NCBI GenBank assembly: GCA_965228895.1
Contig: OZ245842.1
Span: forward strand, 2,144,001-2,208,000
Source of the DNA: Alphaproteobacteria bacterium
GTDB lineage: Bacteria > Pseudomonadota > Alphaproteobacteria > SP197
Direction of reading: 5' to 3'
Length of the DNA stretch: 64,000 nucleotides
Shown: positions 28,564 through 42,427 of the stretch, one piece after another
Position numbering within the stretch: the stretch's first letter is position 1
Layout of the letters: the number at the start of each line of letters is the position of its first letter
Notes under the pieces: generated by a model
Told to the model about the DNA's origin: nothing
The model's input: only the letters and a program-made list of their open reading frames with translations
Database searches by the model: none
Made by a program: the position numbers and the translations under genes

Positions 28564-30049
28564 AGCGACGTTCGCGCCCGACCATCCCTCACGGCTGCTG
28601 GCGGTGAGTCAGATGTACGATGCCGACAGCGCGGCGATCGCGGCGGGAACGCCGGGCGAGACACTTATGGCCAACGCCGGCGCGGCGATCGCAGCAGCCG
28701 TTGAAGCCCGGTTCAAACCTTGCCGTGCTCTCGTCCTTTGCGGGCCCGGCAACAATGGTGGCGATGGATTTGTCGTTGCCCGCCTGCTCAGCGATGCCGG
28801 CTGGCCGGTCGAGCTCGCGTTGCTGGGCAAGGTCGATAACCTCAAAGGCGACGCCGCCCTGATGGCGGCACGCTGGCAAGGCGACGTCGGTGACGCGCAA
28901 CCCGCTTGCGTCGAGAACGCGGATCTTGTCGTCGATGCCCTGTTCGGCGCGGGATTGGTGCGCGATCTCGACGGTCGGGCCGCAGCGTTGGTCCAGGCGG
29001 TCGTGGCCCGCGGCGTACCGGTCGTCGCAGTCGACGTGCCAAGCGGTCTGGATGGTGACACCGGCGGGGTACGCGGGATCGCCGCGCCGGCCGTCCTGAC
29101 CGTGACGTTCTGCCGCGCCAAACCGGGACATCTGCTGTTGCCCGGGCGTGAGCTGTGCGGCGAGGTGGTGGTCGCGGATATCGGGATAGGTGACGACGTG
29201 GTCGCCGCCATCGGGCCGGCGCTTTGGCGCAACGATCCAAATCTATGGCTGTCACGGTTTCCGTGGCCCGTGCCGACGGGACACAAGTACGCCAGGGGTC
29301 ACACGGTGGTCGCCGGCAGCGATCTTGCGGCGACCGGTGCCTCGCGCCTGGCGGCACGGGCGGCGCTGCGGGTTGGTTCGGGCCTGGTCACCGTTGCCGC
29401 GTCGCCGGCCGCGCTCAGCACCTACGCCGCCCACCTGACGGCGGTTATGCTGCGTCGGGTCGACGACGCCGATGCCTTTGCCGAAATGCTCGCCGATCCC
29501 CGTCTGAACAGCGTTGTGCTGGGGCCGGGGCAAGGTGTGACGGATCGAACCCGTGCATTCGTCGAGGCGGCGCTTGCCGCCGAAAAAAACTGCGTTCTGG
29601 ATGCCGATGCTCTGACCGTCTTTGCCGACGACCCGCAGGCGCTCTTTTCAAGGCTGAACGCCGGCTGTGTTCTGACACCTCATGAGGGTGAATTTGACCG
29701 GATTTTCGACCGGAGCGGGAGTAAACTGGACCGCGCGCGCCGGGCCGCGGAAAAAGCGGGTGCCACAGTTCTGTTGAAAGGTGCCGATACTGTGATCGCC
29801 GCGCCTGACGGCACCGCAATGGTTAACGACAATGCGCCTCCAGATTTGGCGACCGCCGGGTCTGGAGATGTGCTGGCCGGATTGGTCGCCGGTCTGATGG
29901 CGCAAGGCGTTCAGGCTATGGCGGCAGCGGCGATGGCCGCCTGGCTCCACGGCGAAGCCGGCAAGGCGGCGGGGCCGGGCCTGATCGCCGAAGACCTGCC
30001 GGAAGTGTTGCCGCCGATCCTCGCGGCATTGAAGGAGAGCGTTGCGTGA
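28556..30049 (+). CDS. nnr: Bifunctional NAD(P)HX epimerase/dehydratase
   Basis: GPGNNGGDG, DALFGAG, DVPSG, HKYARG, LDADAL, TPHEGE, LATAGSGDVL. Confidence 0.95.
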   Translation: MAEATFAPDHPSRLLAVSQMYDADSAAIAAGTPGETLMANAGAAIAAAVEARFKPCRALVLCGPGNNGGDGFVVARLLSDAGWPVELALLGKVDNLKGDAALMAARWQGDVGDAQPACVENADLVVDALFGAGLVRDLDGRAAALVQAVVARGVPVVAVDVPSGLDGDTGGVRGIAAPAVLTVTFCRAKPGHLLLPGRELCGEVVVADIGIGDDVVAAIGPALWRNDPNLWLSRFPWPVPTGHKYARGHTVVAGSDLAATGASRLAARAALRVGSGLVTVAASPAALSTYAAHLTAVMLRRVDDADAFAEMLADPRLNSVVLGPGQGVTDRTRAFVEAALAAEKNCVLDADALTVFADDPQALFSRLNAGCVLTPHEGEFDRIFDRSGSKLDRARRAAEKAGATVLLKGADTVIAAPDGTAMVNDNAPPDLATAGSGDVLAGLVAGLMAQGVQAMAAAAMAAWLHGEAGKAAGPGLIAEDLPEVLPPILAALKESVA

Positions 30050-31494
30050 GCGACGAGCGAGACAACATCTGGGACCGCGCACTGAAGCAGCTGTCGACGA
30101 CGTGGCAGGACGTCGCCGACGCCGCCATGGTGCGCATCGGCGGGCGCATCCGTGTCGATCTGCCCGATGACGATCTCGACAAGCTGCGCAACCAGGTTGC
30201 CGAATGTGTCGCCGGACTGGGCGGTGAGGTCCTTGCCAGGGGCAGGGCGGCCTCGATCGGTGGCAGCTATCTGTCGCTGGCACCGACCGGCAAGCGCCGG
30301 TTCCTGGCAATGCTGGCGAACGACTTCGAGATCGACATGGCCGAGGTCGAGACCGAGGCCCAGGCGATGATCAAGGTCCAAGACCCGGAAGCCAAGCGCG
30401 CACTGGCTGGGTCGTTGCGCGATGCGTTGGAGCCGCCCCGCATGCGGCTCTTCACCCAGTTCAACGGCCTGCAGGACGGCGTCAAGTTCCTTGTCGACAT
30501 GCGCGCCGATGCCATGTCGTGGTCGCGCGAAGAACCGGTGCTGGTGCGCATCAGCAACGACCTGCGCCGCCTGCTGACCGGCTGGTTCGATATCGGCTTT
30601 CTCGAGCTCAAACGCATCACCTGGTCGTCGCCGGCATCGCTGCTGGAGAAACTGATCGTCTATGAGGCCGTCCACCGGATCGCCTCGTGGCAGGACCTTA
30701 AGAACCGGCTGGGGTCTGATCGTCGCCTGTTTGCGTTCTTCCATCCGCGTATGCCGGACGAGCCGTTGATCTTCGTTGAGGTCGCGCTGGTCAACGGCAT
30801 GGCCAGCCAGGTGCAGACGCTGCTTGATGCCGAGGCGCCCGAATTGGCGCCGGACCGCGCGGATACCGCGATCTTTTATTCGATCTCCAACACCCAGCGT
30901 GGCCTGGCCGGGATCAGCCTGGGCGACTTTCTGATCAAACAGGTCGTCGAGCTTTTGAGCGCCGAGCTTGGCAACCTGAAGACATTCGCGACGTTATCGC
31001 CGATCCCCGGGTTCCGACGCTGGTTGAGCGGTCGGCTGGCGACCACCGACGAAAAACTGATTAGGGTCGATGAGGGCCGTGCGGGGGCGGATGAGGATCT
31101 GATACGGCCCGACGAACTGAAAAAACTTGGCTATGAAACCCATCAGGCAGCACTTGACGACCTCACCGTCGCCCTGGATGCCGGACCGGGCGAGGCGTTG
31201 GACCGTTTCGCCGACATCCTGCTTCGTTTGACCGCGCGATACCTTGTCATGGAGAAGCGCAACGATCGCCCGCTGGACCCGGTTGCCCGCTTTCACCTGG
31301 CCAACGGCGCCCGCGTCGAGCGGCTGAACTGGGCCGGCGATACATCGCAGAACGGCTACGAGCAATCGGCGGGAATCATGGTCAATTACCTCTATCGTCT
31401 TGAGGACATCCGGGCCAACCACGAGGACTTTGTTGGCGCCGGTACCGTCGCCATCTCGTCGGCGCTGCGCCAGTTGGTTAAGCGGTCCGCTTGA
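30046..31494 (+). CDS. Malonyl-CoA decarboxylase
   Basis: LLEKLI.YEAVH, FFHPRMPDEPLIFVEVAL, FYSISN, TLSPIPGF, DPVARFHLANGA, MVNYLY. Confidence 0.93.
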   Translation: MSDERDNIWDRALKQLSTTWQDVADAAMVRIGGRIRVDLPDDDLDKLRNQVAECVAGLGGEVLARGRAASIGGSYLSLAPTGKRRFLAMLANDFEIDMAEVETEAQAMIKVQDPEAKRALAGSLRDALEPPRMRLFTQFNGLQDGVKFLVDMRADAMSWSREEPVLVRISNDLRRLLTGWFDIGFLELKRITWSSPASLLEKLIVYEAVHRIASWQDLKNRLGSDRRLFAFFHPRMPDEPLIFVEVALVNGMASQVQTLLDAEAPELAPDRADTAIFYSISNTQRGLAGISLGDFLIKQVVELLSAELGNLKTFATLSPIPGFRRWLSGRLATTDEKLIRVDEGRAGADEDLIRPDELKKLGYETHQAALDDLTVALDAGPGEALDRFADILLRLTARYLVMEKRNDRPLDPVARFHLANGARVERLNWAGDTSQNGYEQSAGIMVNYLYRLEDIRANHEDFVGAGTVAISSALRQLVKRSA

Positions 31495-31513
31495 ACCGCG
31501 TGATGTGCCACGC

Positions 31514-31542
31514 TTGCGGGCGGGCGCAATCACGACTATATG
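31514..31542 (+). promoter_or_regulatory. Putative sigma70 promoter of tRNA-Leu (and possibly tig)
   Basis: TTGCGG-N17-TATATG. Confidence 0.5.
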
Positions 31543-31586
31543 GTCCCGCCCGGGCGGCTATCTGGCCGCGACGGCCGCGAAAGGCT

Positions 31587-31671
31587 GCGGGCGTGGTGGA
31601 ATTGGTAGACACGCCAGACTTAGAATCTGGTGACGAAAGTCGTGGGGGTTCAAGTCCCTCCGCCCGCACCA
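31587..31671 (+). tRNA. tRNA-Leu (TAG)
   Basis: Acceptor GCGGGCG/CGCCCGC, anticodon arm CCAGA-CTTAGAA-TCTGG, long variable arm GACGAAAGTC, GGTTCAAGTCC, CCA. Confidence 0.97.
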
Positions 31672-31744
31672 CGCTGAAGCCCTTTCGCGCCGCGCGATCG
31701 ATCCGTCGCCTGCCGTTAAACCCCGGAATCACGGTGCCCCTATC

Positions 31745-33319
31745 ATGAACGTCACCGAGCAACTCGCCGAAGGTCTGAAGCGCGAGTACAAGGTCACCAT
31801 TGAGGCCGACGACATTGCCGCGCGTATCGACGGCAAGCTCGCCGAGCTCCAGAAAACCGTCAACATGAAAGGGTTTCGCCCTGGAAAGGTGCCGGTCCAG
31901 CTTCTCAAACGCCAGTTCGGCCCTTCGGTGGTCAACGAGGTCATCCAGCAGACCCTGCAGGACAGCTCCGGCCGCGTCATCTCCGATCAGGGCGTGCGCC
32001 CGGCCATGCAGCCGACGATCGAGGACATGTCCTATGACGAGGGCAAGGATCTGGAGTTCGTCATCGCCGTGGAGATCCTTCCGGAGATCAAGACCGACGA
32101 CTTCTCCGGCTACAAGGTCGAGCAGCTAACGGTCGACGTCTCTGACTCCGAGGTCGACGACGCGATGGACCGCCTGTTGAAGGCCAACAAGGACTTCGAA
32201 GATACCGACGACGGTTACAAAGCGGCTGACGGCGATGCGGCGCGGATCGACTTCACCGGCCGGCTCGATGGTGAAGCTTTCGAAGGCGGCACCGCGGAAG
32301 ATCAGACTGTCGAGCTTGGTGCCGGCCGCCTGTTGCCTGAGTTCGAAGCCGGGCTATTGGGTAAAAAGGCGGGTGACGCCTTCAAGATCGACGTGACGTT
32401 CCCGGACGACTATGGCGCTGAGAACCTGGCCGGTAAGACGGCCGAGTTCGAAATCAAAGTCCATCAGGTCCGAAAAGCCAAGGCCGCGGAGCTGAGTGAC
32501 GAGTTTGCTGCCGCCCAAGGCGCCGAGAACGTGGCTGACCTGCGGGACAAACTACGTGAGCGCCTGGGCCAGGAGTACAGCGAGCTGACACGCCAGCGCA
32601 CCAAGCGTGTGCTGCTTGACCAACTCGCCGATTCCTATGACTTCGATGTGCCTGCGGGACTGGTCGACAGCGAGTTCGAAGCGATTTGGCAGCAGATCGA
32701 GCGTGAGCTCGATCATGGCCACAGTCATGATCACGGCGACGATCACGATCATGATCATGACCACGATCACGGCGAGCCGGTCAGCGAAGAGCGGCGCGAG
32801 GAGATGCGCGAGGAATACCGCAAGATTGCGGAGCGGCGCGTGCGCCTGGGGCTGCTGCTGAGCGAAATCGGCACGCAGAACGAAATTCAGGTCACCCAAG
32901 ATGATATGCAGCAGGCGGTGATCAACCGGGCGCGGCAGTTCCCGGGCCAGGAGGCGCAGATCGTCCAGCACTTCCAGTCCAACCCGCAGGCCATTCAGGA
33001 GCTGACAGCACCGATCCTGGAAGACCGTGTCATCGACCACATTTTGAGTCAGGTTGACGTCACCGAGCGGTCCGTCACGCCTGACGAGTTGATGAAGGCC
33101 GAACAGGAAGACGCCGAGGAAGCCAGCGCGGCGGCGGGCGGCGATGCCAAGTCGGCGAAGAAGGCCGCTGCCAAGAAGGCGCCGGCGAAGAAGGCAGCGG
33201 CCAAAAAAGCGCCCGCCAAGAAAGCGGCCGCGAAGAAAGCCCCGGCCAAAAAGGCAGCGGCAAAGAAAGCGCCAGCCAAGAAGAAGGCGGCCAAAAAGAA
33301 GGATGATAGTGACGCATGA
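31745..33319 (+). CDS. tig: Trigger factor, with a His-rich insert and a Lys/Ala-rich tail
   Basis: GFRPGKVP ribosome-binding motif, FKBP domain ([18 protein letters not shown]), [11 protein letters not shown]. Confidence 0.97.
   Translation: MNVTEQLAEGLKREYKVTIEADDIAARIDGKLAELQKTVNMKGFRPGKVPVQLLKRQFGPSVVNEVIQQTLQDSSGRVISDQGVRPAMQPTIEDMSYDEGKDLEFVIAVEILPEIKTDDFSGYKVEQLTVDVSDSEVDDAMDRLLKANKDFEDTDDGYKAADGDAARIDFTGRLDGEAFEGGTAEDQTVELGAGRLLPEFEAGLLGKKAGDAFKIDVTFPDDYGAENLAGKTAEFEIKVHQVRKAKAAELSDEFAAAQGAENVADLRDKLRERLGQEYSELTRQRTKRVLLDQLADSYDFDVPAGLVDSEFEAIWQQIERELDHGHSHDHGDDHDHDHDHDHGEPVSEERREEMREEYRKIAERRVRLGLLLSEIGTQNEIQVTQDDMQQAVINRARQFPGQEAQIVQHFQSNPQAIQELTAPILEDRVIDHILSQVDVTERSVTPDELMKAEQEDAEEASAAAGGDAKSAKKAAAKKAPAKKAAAKKAPAKKAAAKKAPAKKAAAKKAPAKKKAAKKKDDSDA
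33155..33274 (+). repeat. Coding tandem repeat, 4 x 30 bp ([10 protein letters not shown]), in the tig tail
   Basis: Four identical peptide units with synonymous divergence at the DNA level. Confidence 0.9.
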
Positions 33320-33354
33320 CGCGCAACCTGGTGACCGGTCTCGGCGGAACGGAA

Positions 33355-34020
33355 ATGCGTGATCCGCTTGAAATCTACGCCAACACCCTGGTTCCCATGG
33401 TGGTCGAGCAGACCTCCAGGGGCGAACGGGCCTATGACATCTATTCGCGCCTTCTCAAAGAGCGCATCATCTTCCTGACCGGCGGCGTCAACGACGCGGT
33501 GGCCAGCCTGATCTGTGCCCAGATGCTCTATCTGGAGGCCGACAACCCGACCAAGGATATCGCGCTCTATATCAACTCGCCTGGCGGCATGGTGACCGCG
33601 GGCCTGGCGATGTATGACACCATGCAGTACATCCGGCCGAAGGTGTCGACCCTTTGCATCGGTCAGGCGGCCTCGATGGGCGCGTTGTTGCTGTGTGCTG
33701 GCGAAAAAGAGCACCGATTTGCCCTGCCGCAGTCACGAATCATGATTCACCAGCCCTCGGGCGGCGCCCGCGGTCAGGCCTCGGACATCGAGATCCATGC
33801 CCGGGAAATTCTCTTTGTCCGTCAACGCCTTAACGAAATCTTCGCCCGTCACACCGGCCAGGACATTGATGTGGTCGAAGAGAACATGGAGCGTGACACC
33901 TTTATGACACCGATCCAGGCCCAAGAGTTTGGATTGATCGACCAGGTGGTCGAATCACGTACAGAAACCATGACGGATGCGGAAAAAACGGCTGATAGCC
34001 CCGATCAGGGTAGTTCGTAA
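33355..34020 (+). CDS. clpP: ATP-dependent Clp protease proteolytic subunit
   Basis: [36 protein letters not shown]; an alternative ATG at 33316 overlaps the tig stop. Confidence 0.97.
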   Translation: MRDPLEIYANTLVPMVVEQTSRGERAYDIYSRLLKERIIFLTGGVNDAVASLICAQMLYLEADNPTKDIALYINSPGGMVTAGLAMYDTMQYIRPKVSTLCIGQAASMGALLLCAGEKEHRFALPQSRIMIHQPSGGARGQASDIEIHAREILFVRQRLNEIFARHTGQDIDVVEENMERDTFMTPIQAQEFGLIDQVVESRTETMTDAEKTADSPDQGSS

Positions 34021-34184
34021 TCGATAATTTCACTCAACGCTGACCGGAACGTGTACCCGTATAGTGTTGCCAATTGTCCACAGTGCTACGACATATGTAC
34101 AACATGTACCCGGCTACGCAGTTGTGCCGCGTTGCGGCTTCTAGTTAACATGCGCCAGCGATAGGCCCAGAAGGACCTCGTGCT

Positions 34185-35447
<1,263 letters not shown>

Positions 35448-35572
35448 GCGGACCGCTCTTGATCCGCCCTGACCGGCGGACCATCTGTTCTAAGGTTCCG
35501 TTTTTGGTCGGGTCCGGTCGGGCTAGGACGCAGGCCGATCCGATGCATTTTTGAGTACGGAGGTACTGTTAC

Positions 35573-37981
<2,409 letters not shown>

Positions 37982-38141
37982 ACGAGCGCTTGTCATCCAC
38001 ATCAAATGGCGTTAATCCGCGCGTTACTGTTTGTCTGCGTTGACGCCATCGCGAGCGGAACGATAGACTGACGATGCTCTGGGGATGCCTGTCTATGTTG
38101 ATCCAATCACCAACAGCCGAATCGTGGGAGGGGGCCTTACT

Positions 38142-38414
38142 GTGAACAAGAACGATCTGATTGCTAAAGTGGCGGACGAATCTGGTTTGACGAAAGCCGA
38201 TGCCGGTCGTGCCGTCGATTGCGTTTTTGATTGTATTTCATCGTCGCTTGCATCGGGCAGCGAAGTTCGTCTTGTCGGTTTCGGCACCTTCTCGGTTGCC
38301 AATCGTGCAGCCAGCGAAGGTCGCAATCCGCGCACCGGCGAGCGTATCAAGATCCCGGCGTCGAAGCAGCCGAAGTTCAAGGCCGGTAAAGCCCTGAAGG
38401 AAGCTGTCAACTAA
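38142..38414 (+). CDS. hupB: DNA-binding protein HU
   Basis: [33 protein letters not shown]; GTG start. Confidence 0.96.
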   Translation: MNKNDLIAKVADESGLTKADAGRAVDCVFDCISSSLASGSEVRLVGFGTFSVANRAASEGRNPRTGERIKIPASKQPKFKAGKALKEAVN

Positions 38415-38440
38415 CACGGTTGACCGACGACAAGTTTTCG

Positions 38441-38480
38441 AGCTGCCGGTTGCCTTAACAGGTGCCGGCAGTTTTCGTTT
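38441..38480 (+). terminator. Intrinsic terminator after hupB
   Basis: Stem CTGCCGG...CCGGCAG followed by TTTTCGTTT. Confidence 0.7.
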
Positions 38481-38603
38481 GAGCGTTCGATGTCGCCAAC
38501 CCTGTTGGCCGGTGTTGGGCTCACGATCGGATGACGGTTGCGTCAGGCAACGTGACGGATTAGACGATCCACGTTTATCGCTTTTGTCGCGATAGGGCCC
38601 TGG

Positions 38604-38679
38604 GGGCGATTAGCTCAGCTGGGAGAGCAACTCGTTTACACCGAGTAGGTCGGCGGTTCGATCCCGTCATCGCCCACCA
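38604..38679 (+). tRNA. tRNA-Val (TAC)
   Basis: Acceptor GGGCGAT/ATCGCCC, anticodon arm CTCG-TTTACAC-CGAG, GGTTCGATCCC, CCA. Confidence 0.97.
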
Positions 38680-38793
38680 TGTCCTGATCTGCCAGATACG
38701 GGCCCGCCTTAAGGGCGCCGGCGAGGTGCGGTAGCGCCGATTCTGCTGACGATCACTGGCAAGAGTTGGTTAGGGCCTAAGCCGGTATTTTCC

Positions 38794-38822
38794 TTGACGC
38801 CTCAAGGGCGCTAACGTAGATG
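38794..38822 (+). promoter_or_regulatory. Putative sigma70 promoter of tRNA-Asp
   Basis: TTGACG-N17-TAGATG. Confidence 0.55.
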
Positions 38823-38848
38823 ATGCGCCTTCGCGAAGGGCCCCTTAT

Positions 38849-38926
38849 GGGGGTGTAGCTCAGTCCGGTTAGAGCGCTGGCCTGTCACGCCAGAGGTCGC
38901 GGGTTCGAGTCCCGTCACTCCCGCCA
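38849..38926 (+). tRNA. tRNA-Asp (GTC)
   Basis: Acceptor GGGGGTG/CACTCCC, anticodon arm CTGGC-CTGTCAC-GCCAG, GGTTCGAGTCC, CCA. Confidence 0.97.
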
Positions 38927-39093
38927 TTTCCCCTTAGATCTGGCCGCCGCAAGGCGGCGTCTGTCGGCCACCGTTCGGGGTGGCTGGCTGCGCCGTCTAT
39001 GGTCGGGATCAAGGCTAGAATTGATGTCGCACAACATCCTTCACAGGTCAGGTAGGGGCCATATATAAGGGGGCGCGCGATGGGGAGAGATCC

Positions 39094-39459
39094 ATGAACG
39101 AACTGCTTCTGGAATATCTGCCGATCCTGATCTTCTTAGGGCTAGCCATAGCGATGGCCAGTGTGATGATCGGGATGTCCTATATGTTGGGGCAGCAGAA
39201 GCCGGATCCGGAAAAGTTGTCGTCCTATGAATGTGGGTTCGATGCTTTCGACGATGCGCGCCAGCAGTTCGATGTCCGGTTCTATCTGGTCGCCATCCTC
39301 TTCATCATCTTCGATCTTGAAGTCGCCTTCCTGTTTCCCTGGGCGGTGTCGCTCAGTGAGATCGGTCTGTTCGGTTTCTGGTCGATGGTCGTTTTCCTCG
39401 GCGTGCTGACCGTCGGTTTCATCTATGAATGGCGAAAGGGAGCTCTCGAATGGGAGTAG
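39094..39459 (+). CDS. nuoA: NADH-quinone oxidoreductase subunit A
   Basis: [30 protein letters not shown]. Confidence 0.98.
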   Translation: MNELLLEYLPILIFLGLAIAMASVMIGMSYMLGQQKPDPEKLSSYECGFDAFDDARQQFDVRFYLVAILFIIFDLEVAFLFPWAVSLSEIGLFGFWSMVVFLGVLTVGFIYEWRKGALEWE

Positions 39460-39992
39460 AACCAACCGGCATCGCCAACATTCCGCCTGGACCCGATCAG
39501 GATGCGTTGCTGAAGAATGTCGCCGATGAGGTCCAGGACAAGGGCTATGTGCTGGCCAATGTCGACAAGTTGGTGAATTGGGCGCGCACTGGAAGCCTGT
39601 GGCCGATGACGTTTGGTCTTGCGTGTTGCGGCGTGGAGATGATCCACGCCTACATGAGCCGCTATGACCTCGACCGCTTCGGCGTCATTCCGCGCGCCAG
39701 TCCGCGTCAGTCCGATGTCATGATCGTGGCCGGCACGCTGTGCAACAAAATGGCGCCAGCGCTGCGCAAACTCTATGACCAGATGCCCGAGCCGCGCTGG
39801 GTTATCTCGATGGGTTCATGCGCCAATGGCGGCGGCTACTATCACTACTCTTATTCGGTCGTCAGAGGCTGTGACCGGATCGTGCCTGTGGATATCTACG
39901 TGCCCGGCTGTCCGCCGACGGCCGAAGCCCTGGTCTATGGCATTCTGCAGTTGCAGAAGAAGATCCGGCGCACCGGCACGATCAGGCGCTAG
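39450..39992 (+). CDS. nuoB: NADH-quinone oxidoreductase subunit B
   Basis: GLACC, SPRQSD, MGSCA, PGCPP. Confidence 0.98.
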   Translation: MGVEPTGIANIPPGPDQDALLKNVADEVQDKGYVLANVDKLVNWARTGSLWPMTFGLACCGVEMIHAYMSRYDLDRFGVIPRASPRQSDVMIVAGTLCNKMAPALRKLYDQMPEPRWVISMGSCANGGGYYHYSYSVVRGCDRIVPVDIYVPGCPPTAEALVYGILQLQKKIRRTGTIRR

Positions 39993-40016
39993 ATAAGGTT
40001 CGGGGCCGCCGCCGCC

Positions 40017-40646
40017 ATGACAGAAGCATTGCTTGAGATCGGTCACGCAGCCGAGGCCAGGTTCAGTGGTCAGGCAGGACCGCTGACGCTTGATCGTGAT
40101 CAGGCGACCCTGGCCGCGACGGTCGATAGCCTGGTCACGCTTCTGACCTGGCTGAGAGATGATTCCAACTGCCTTTTCAAGCAACTGGTCGATGTCACGG
40201 CGGTCGACTATCCCGAGCGGCCTGAACGTTTTGACGTCGTCTACAACCTCTTGAGCCTGCGCCTCAACATGCGCCTGCGGGTCAAATTGATGGTTGGAGA
40301 GGACACAGCCGTTCCAACTGTCACCGGCGTGTTCAGCTCGGCCAACTGGCTCGAGCGTGAAGTCTGGGACATGTACGGGATCTATTTTGCCGGGCATCCG
40401 GATTTGCGCCGGATCCTCACCGATTACGGTTTCGAAGGTCATCCCCAGAGGAAAGACTTTCCACTCACCGGGTATGTCGAGATGCGCTATGACGAGGACC
40501 AAAAGCGCGTCGTCTATGAGCCCGTGAAACTGACCCAGGCCTTCCGCAACTTCGACTACCTGTCGCCCTGGGAAGGGTCGTTCGACGTGCTGCCGGGCGA
40601 CGAGAAGGCCGAGGCAGCCGACAAAGAGGCCGGCGACAATGGCTGA
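40017..40646 (+). CDS. nuoC: NADH-quinone oxidoreductase subunit C
   Basis: [32 protein letters not shown]. Confidence 0.98.
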   Translation: MTEALLEIGHAAEARFSGQAGPLTLDRDQATLAATVDSLVTLLTWLRDDSNCLFKQLVDVTAVDYPERPERFDVVYNLLSLRLNMRLRVKLMVGEDTAVPTVTGVFSSANWLEREVWDMYGIYFAGHPDLRRILTDYGFEGHPQRKDFPLTGYVEMRYDEDQKRVVYEPVKLTQAFRNFDYLSPWEGSFDVLPGDEKAEAADKEAGDNG

Positions 40647-41817
40647 AGTCCAGATCAAAACGACGACGCTGAACTTCGGACCCCAGCATCCGGCTGCCCA
40701 TGGCGTGCTGCGTCTGGTCCTGGAGATGGACGGCGAGGTCGTCGAGCGGGCCGATCCGCATATCGGCCTGTTGCATCGCGGCACCGAGAAGCTGATCGAA
40801 TACAAGACCTATCTGCAGGCGGTGCCGTATTTCGACCGCCTCGACTATGTCTCACCCATGTGCCAGGAGCATGCCTATGCCCTGGCCGTCGAGACGCTGT
40901 TGGGCATCGACGTGCCACCGCGCGGCCAGCATGTCCGCGTGCTGTTCGCCGAGATCACCCGCATTCTGAACCACCTTTTGAACGTCACGACGTTCGCCAT
41001 CGACGTCGGCGCGATCACGCCGTCGCTGTGGGCGTTCGAGGAGCGTGAGAAACTGATGGAGTTCTACGAAGGCGTTTCCGGCGCCAGGCTCCATTCGGCC
41101 TATTTCCGTCCCGGCGGCGTCCATCGCGATCTGCCGGCCGGCATGGAAGACGAGATCGCGACCTACTTCGAGACGTTCTTGAAGGTCATCGACGATATCG
41201 AGCATCTGCTGAACGAGAACCGTATCTTCAAGCAGCGCACGGTCGATATTGGTGTCGTGTCGGCCGATGACGCGCTGGACTGGGGCTTCACCGGCCCCAT
41301 GCTGCGTTCTGCCGGCGTGCCGTGGGATCTGCGCAAGGCCCAGCCCTACGACTCCTACGCCCAGTTCAATTTCGACATTCCGGTCGGCAAGCAGGGCGAT
41401 TGTTACGAACGCTACATGGTCCGCATCGAGGAGATGCGCCAAAGCGTGCGCATCATCAAGCAGTGCCTGGAGACCATGCCTGACGGTCCCGTGCATACCG
41501 AAGACCCGAAGGTATCGCCGCCGCGCCGCGCGCTGATGAAGCAATCGATGGAAGCGCTGATCCATCACTTCAAGCTCTATACCGAGGGTTACCACGTGCC
41601 GGCCGGCGAGGCCTATGCGGCGGTCGAGGCGCCGAAAGGCGAATTCGGCGTTTTCCTGGTCTCCGACGGCACCAACAAACCCTATCGCTGCCGTATCAAG
41701 GCGCCGGGCTTCCTGCATCTGCAGTCCAGCGACTTCCTGTGCAAAGGACACATGCTGGCCGATGCCGCGGCCATCATCGGCAGCATGGATATCGTGTTCG
41801 GGGAGATCGACCGATGA
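40639..41817 (+). CDS. nuoD: NADH-quinone oxidoreductase subunit D
   Basis: [38 protein letters not shown]. Confidence 0.98.
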   Translation: MAEVQIKTTTLNFGPQHPAAHGVLRLVLEMDGEVVERADPHIGLLHRGTEKLIEYKTYLQAVPYFDRLDYVSPMCQEHAYALAVETLLGIDVPPRGQHVRVLFAEITRILNHLLNVTTFAIDVGAITPSLWAFEEREKLMEFYEGVSGARLHSAYFRPGGVHRDLPAGMEDEIATYFETFLKVIDDIEHLLNENRIFKQRTVDIGVVSADDALDWGFTGPMLRSAGVPWDLRKAQPYDSYAQFNFDIPVGKQGDCYERYMVRIEEMRQSVRIIKQCLETMPDGPVHTEDPKVSPPRRALMKQSMEALIHHFKLYTEGYHVPAGEAYAAVEAPKGEFGVFLVSDGTNKPYRCRIKAPGFLHLQSSDFLCKGHMLADAAAIIGSMDIVFGEIDR

Positions 41818-42425
41818 GCATGGCGCGCGGACGCCCCGTGGCCTTGGACCAGCAGCCGGAGAGCTTCGCTTTCTCCGCTGAGAACATGGAAAAGGTCAAA
41901 ACGATCCTGGCGAAGTATCCGGAAGGGCGCCAGCGAAGCGCCGTCCTGCCGCTTCTGGACCTGGCCCAGCGCCAGATCGGCTGGGTCCCGGTCGCAGCCA
42001 TGGACCATATCGCCGAAGTCTTGGATATGGCGCCAATCCACGTCTATGAGGTCGCAACGTTCTACACGATGTTCAATCTGGAGCCGGTCGGCGACTATCT
42101 GATCCAGGTTTGCACGACCACGCCCTGCATGCTGCGCGACTCCGACGGGGTGGTCGAGGCATGCCGCAAACACCTGGGCATCGACTGGGACGAGACCACG
42201 GCTGATGGCAAGTTCACGTTGAAGGAGGTCGAGTGCCTGGGCGCCTGCGTCAACGCACCGATGGTCCAGATCAACGATGACTATTTCGAAGACCTCGACG
42301 CCGAGAAGATGATCGCGCTTTTGGAGGCCTTGAGCCGGGGTGAGAAACCCAAGATCGGCCCGCAGAACGGCCGCCACTCCTCGGAGCCGGTCACCGGCGC
42401 CAAAGTCTTGCAGGACGGAGCCTGA
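41814..42425 (+). CDS. nuoE: NADH-quinone oxidoreductase subunit E
   Basis: [23 protein letters not shown]. Confidence 0.97.
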   Translation: MSMARGRPVALDQQPESFAFSAENMEKVKTILAKYPEGRQRSAVLPLLDLAQRQIGWVPVAAMDHIAEVLDMAPIHVYEVATFYTMFNLEPVGDYLIQVCTTTPCMLRDSDGVVEACRKHLGIDWDETTADGKFTLKEVECLGACVNAPMVQINDDYFEDLDAEKMIALLEALSRGEKPKIGPQNGRHSSEPVTGAKVLQDGA

Positions 42426-42427
42426 TC

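Noticed and set aside
32711-33301. Repeats in tig as a CRISPR or non-coding repeat array
   Set aside because: They are in-frame coding repeats with synonymous variation, no spacers and no cas genes.
39021-39034. FNR box TTGAT-N4-ATCAA upstream of nuoA
   Set aside because: The second half reads CACAA (two mismatches), which is too weak to call.
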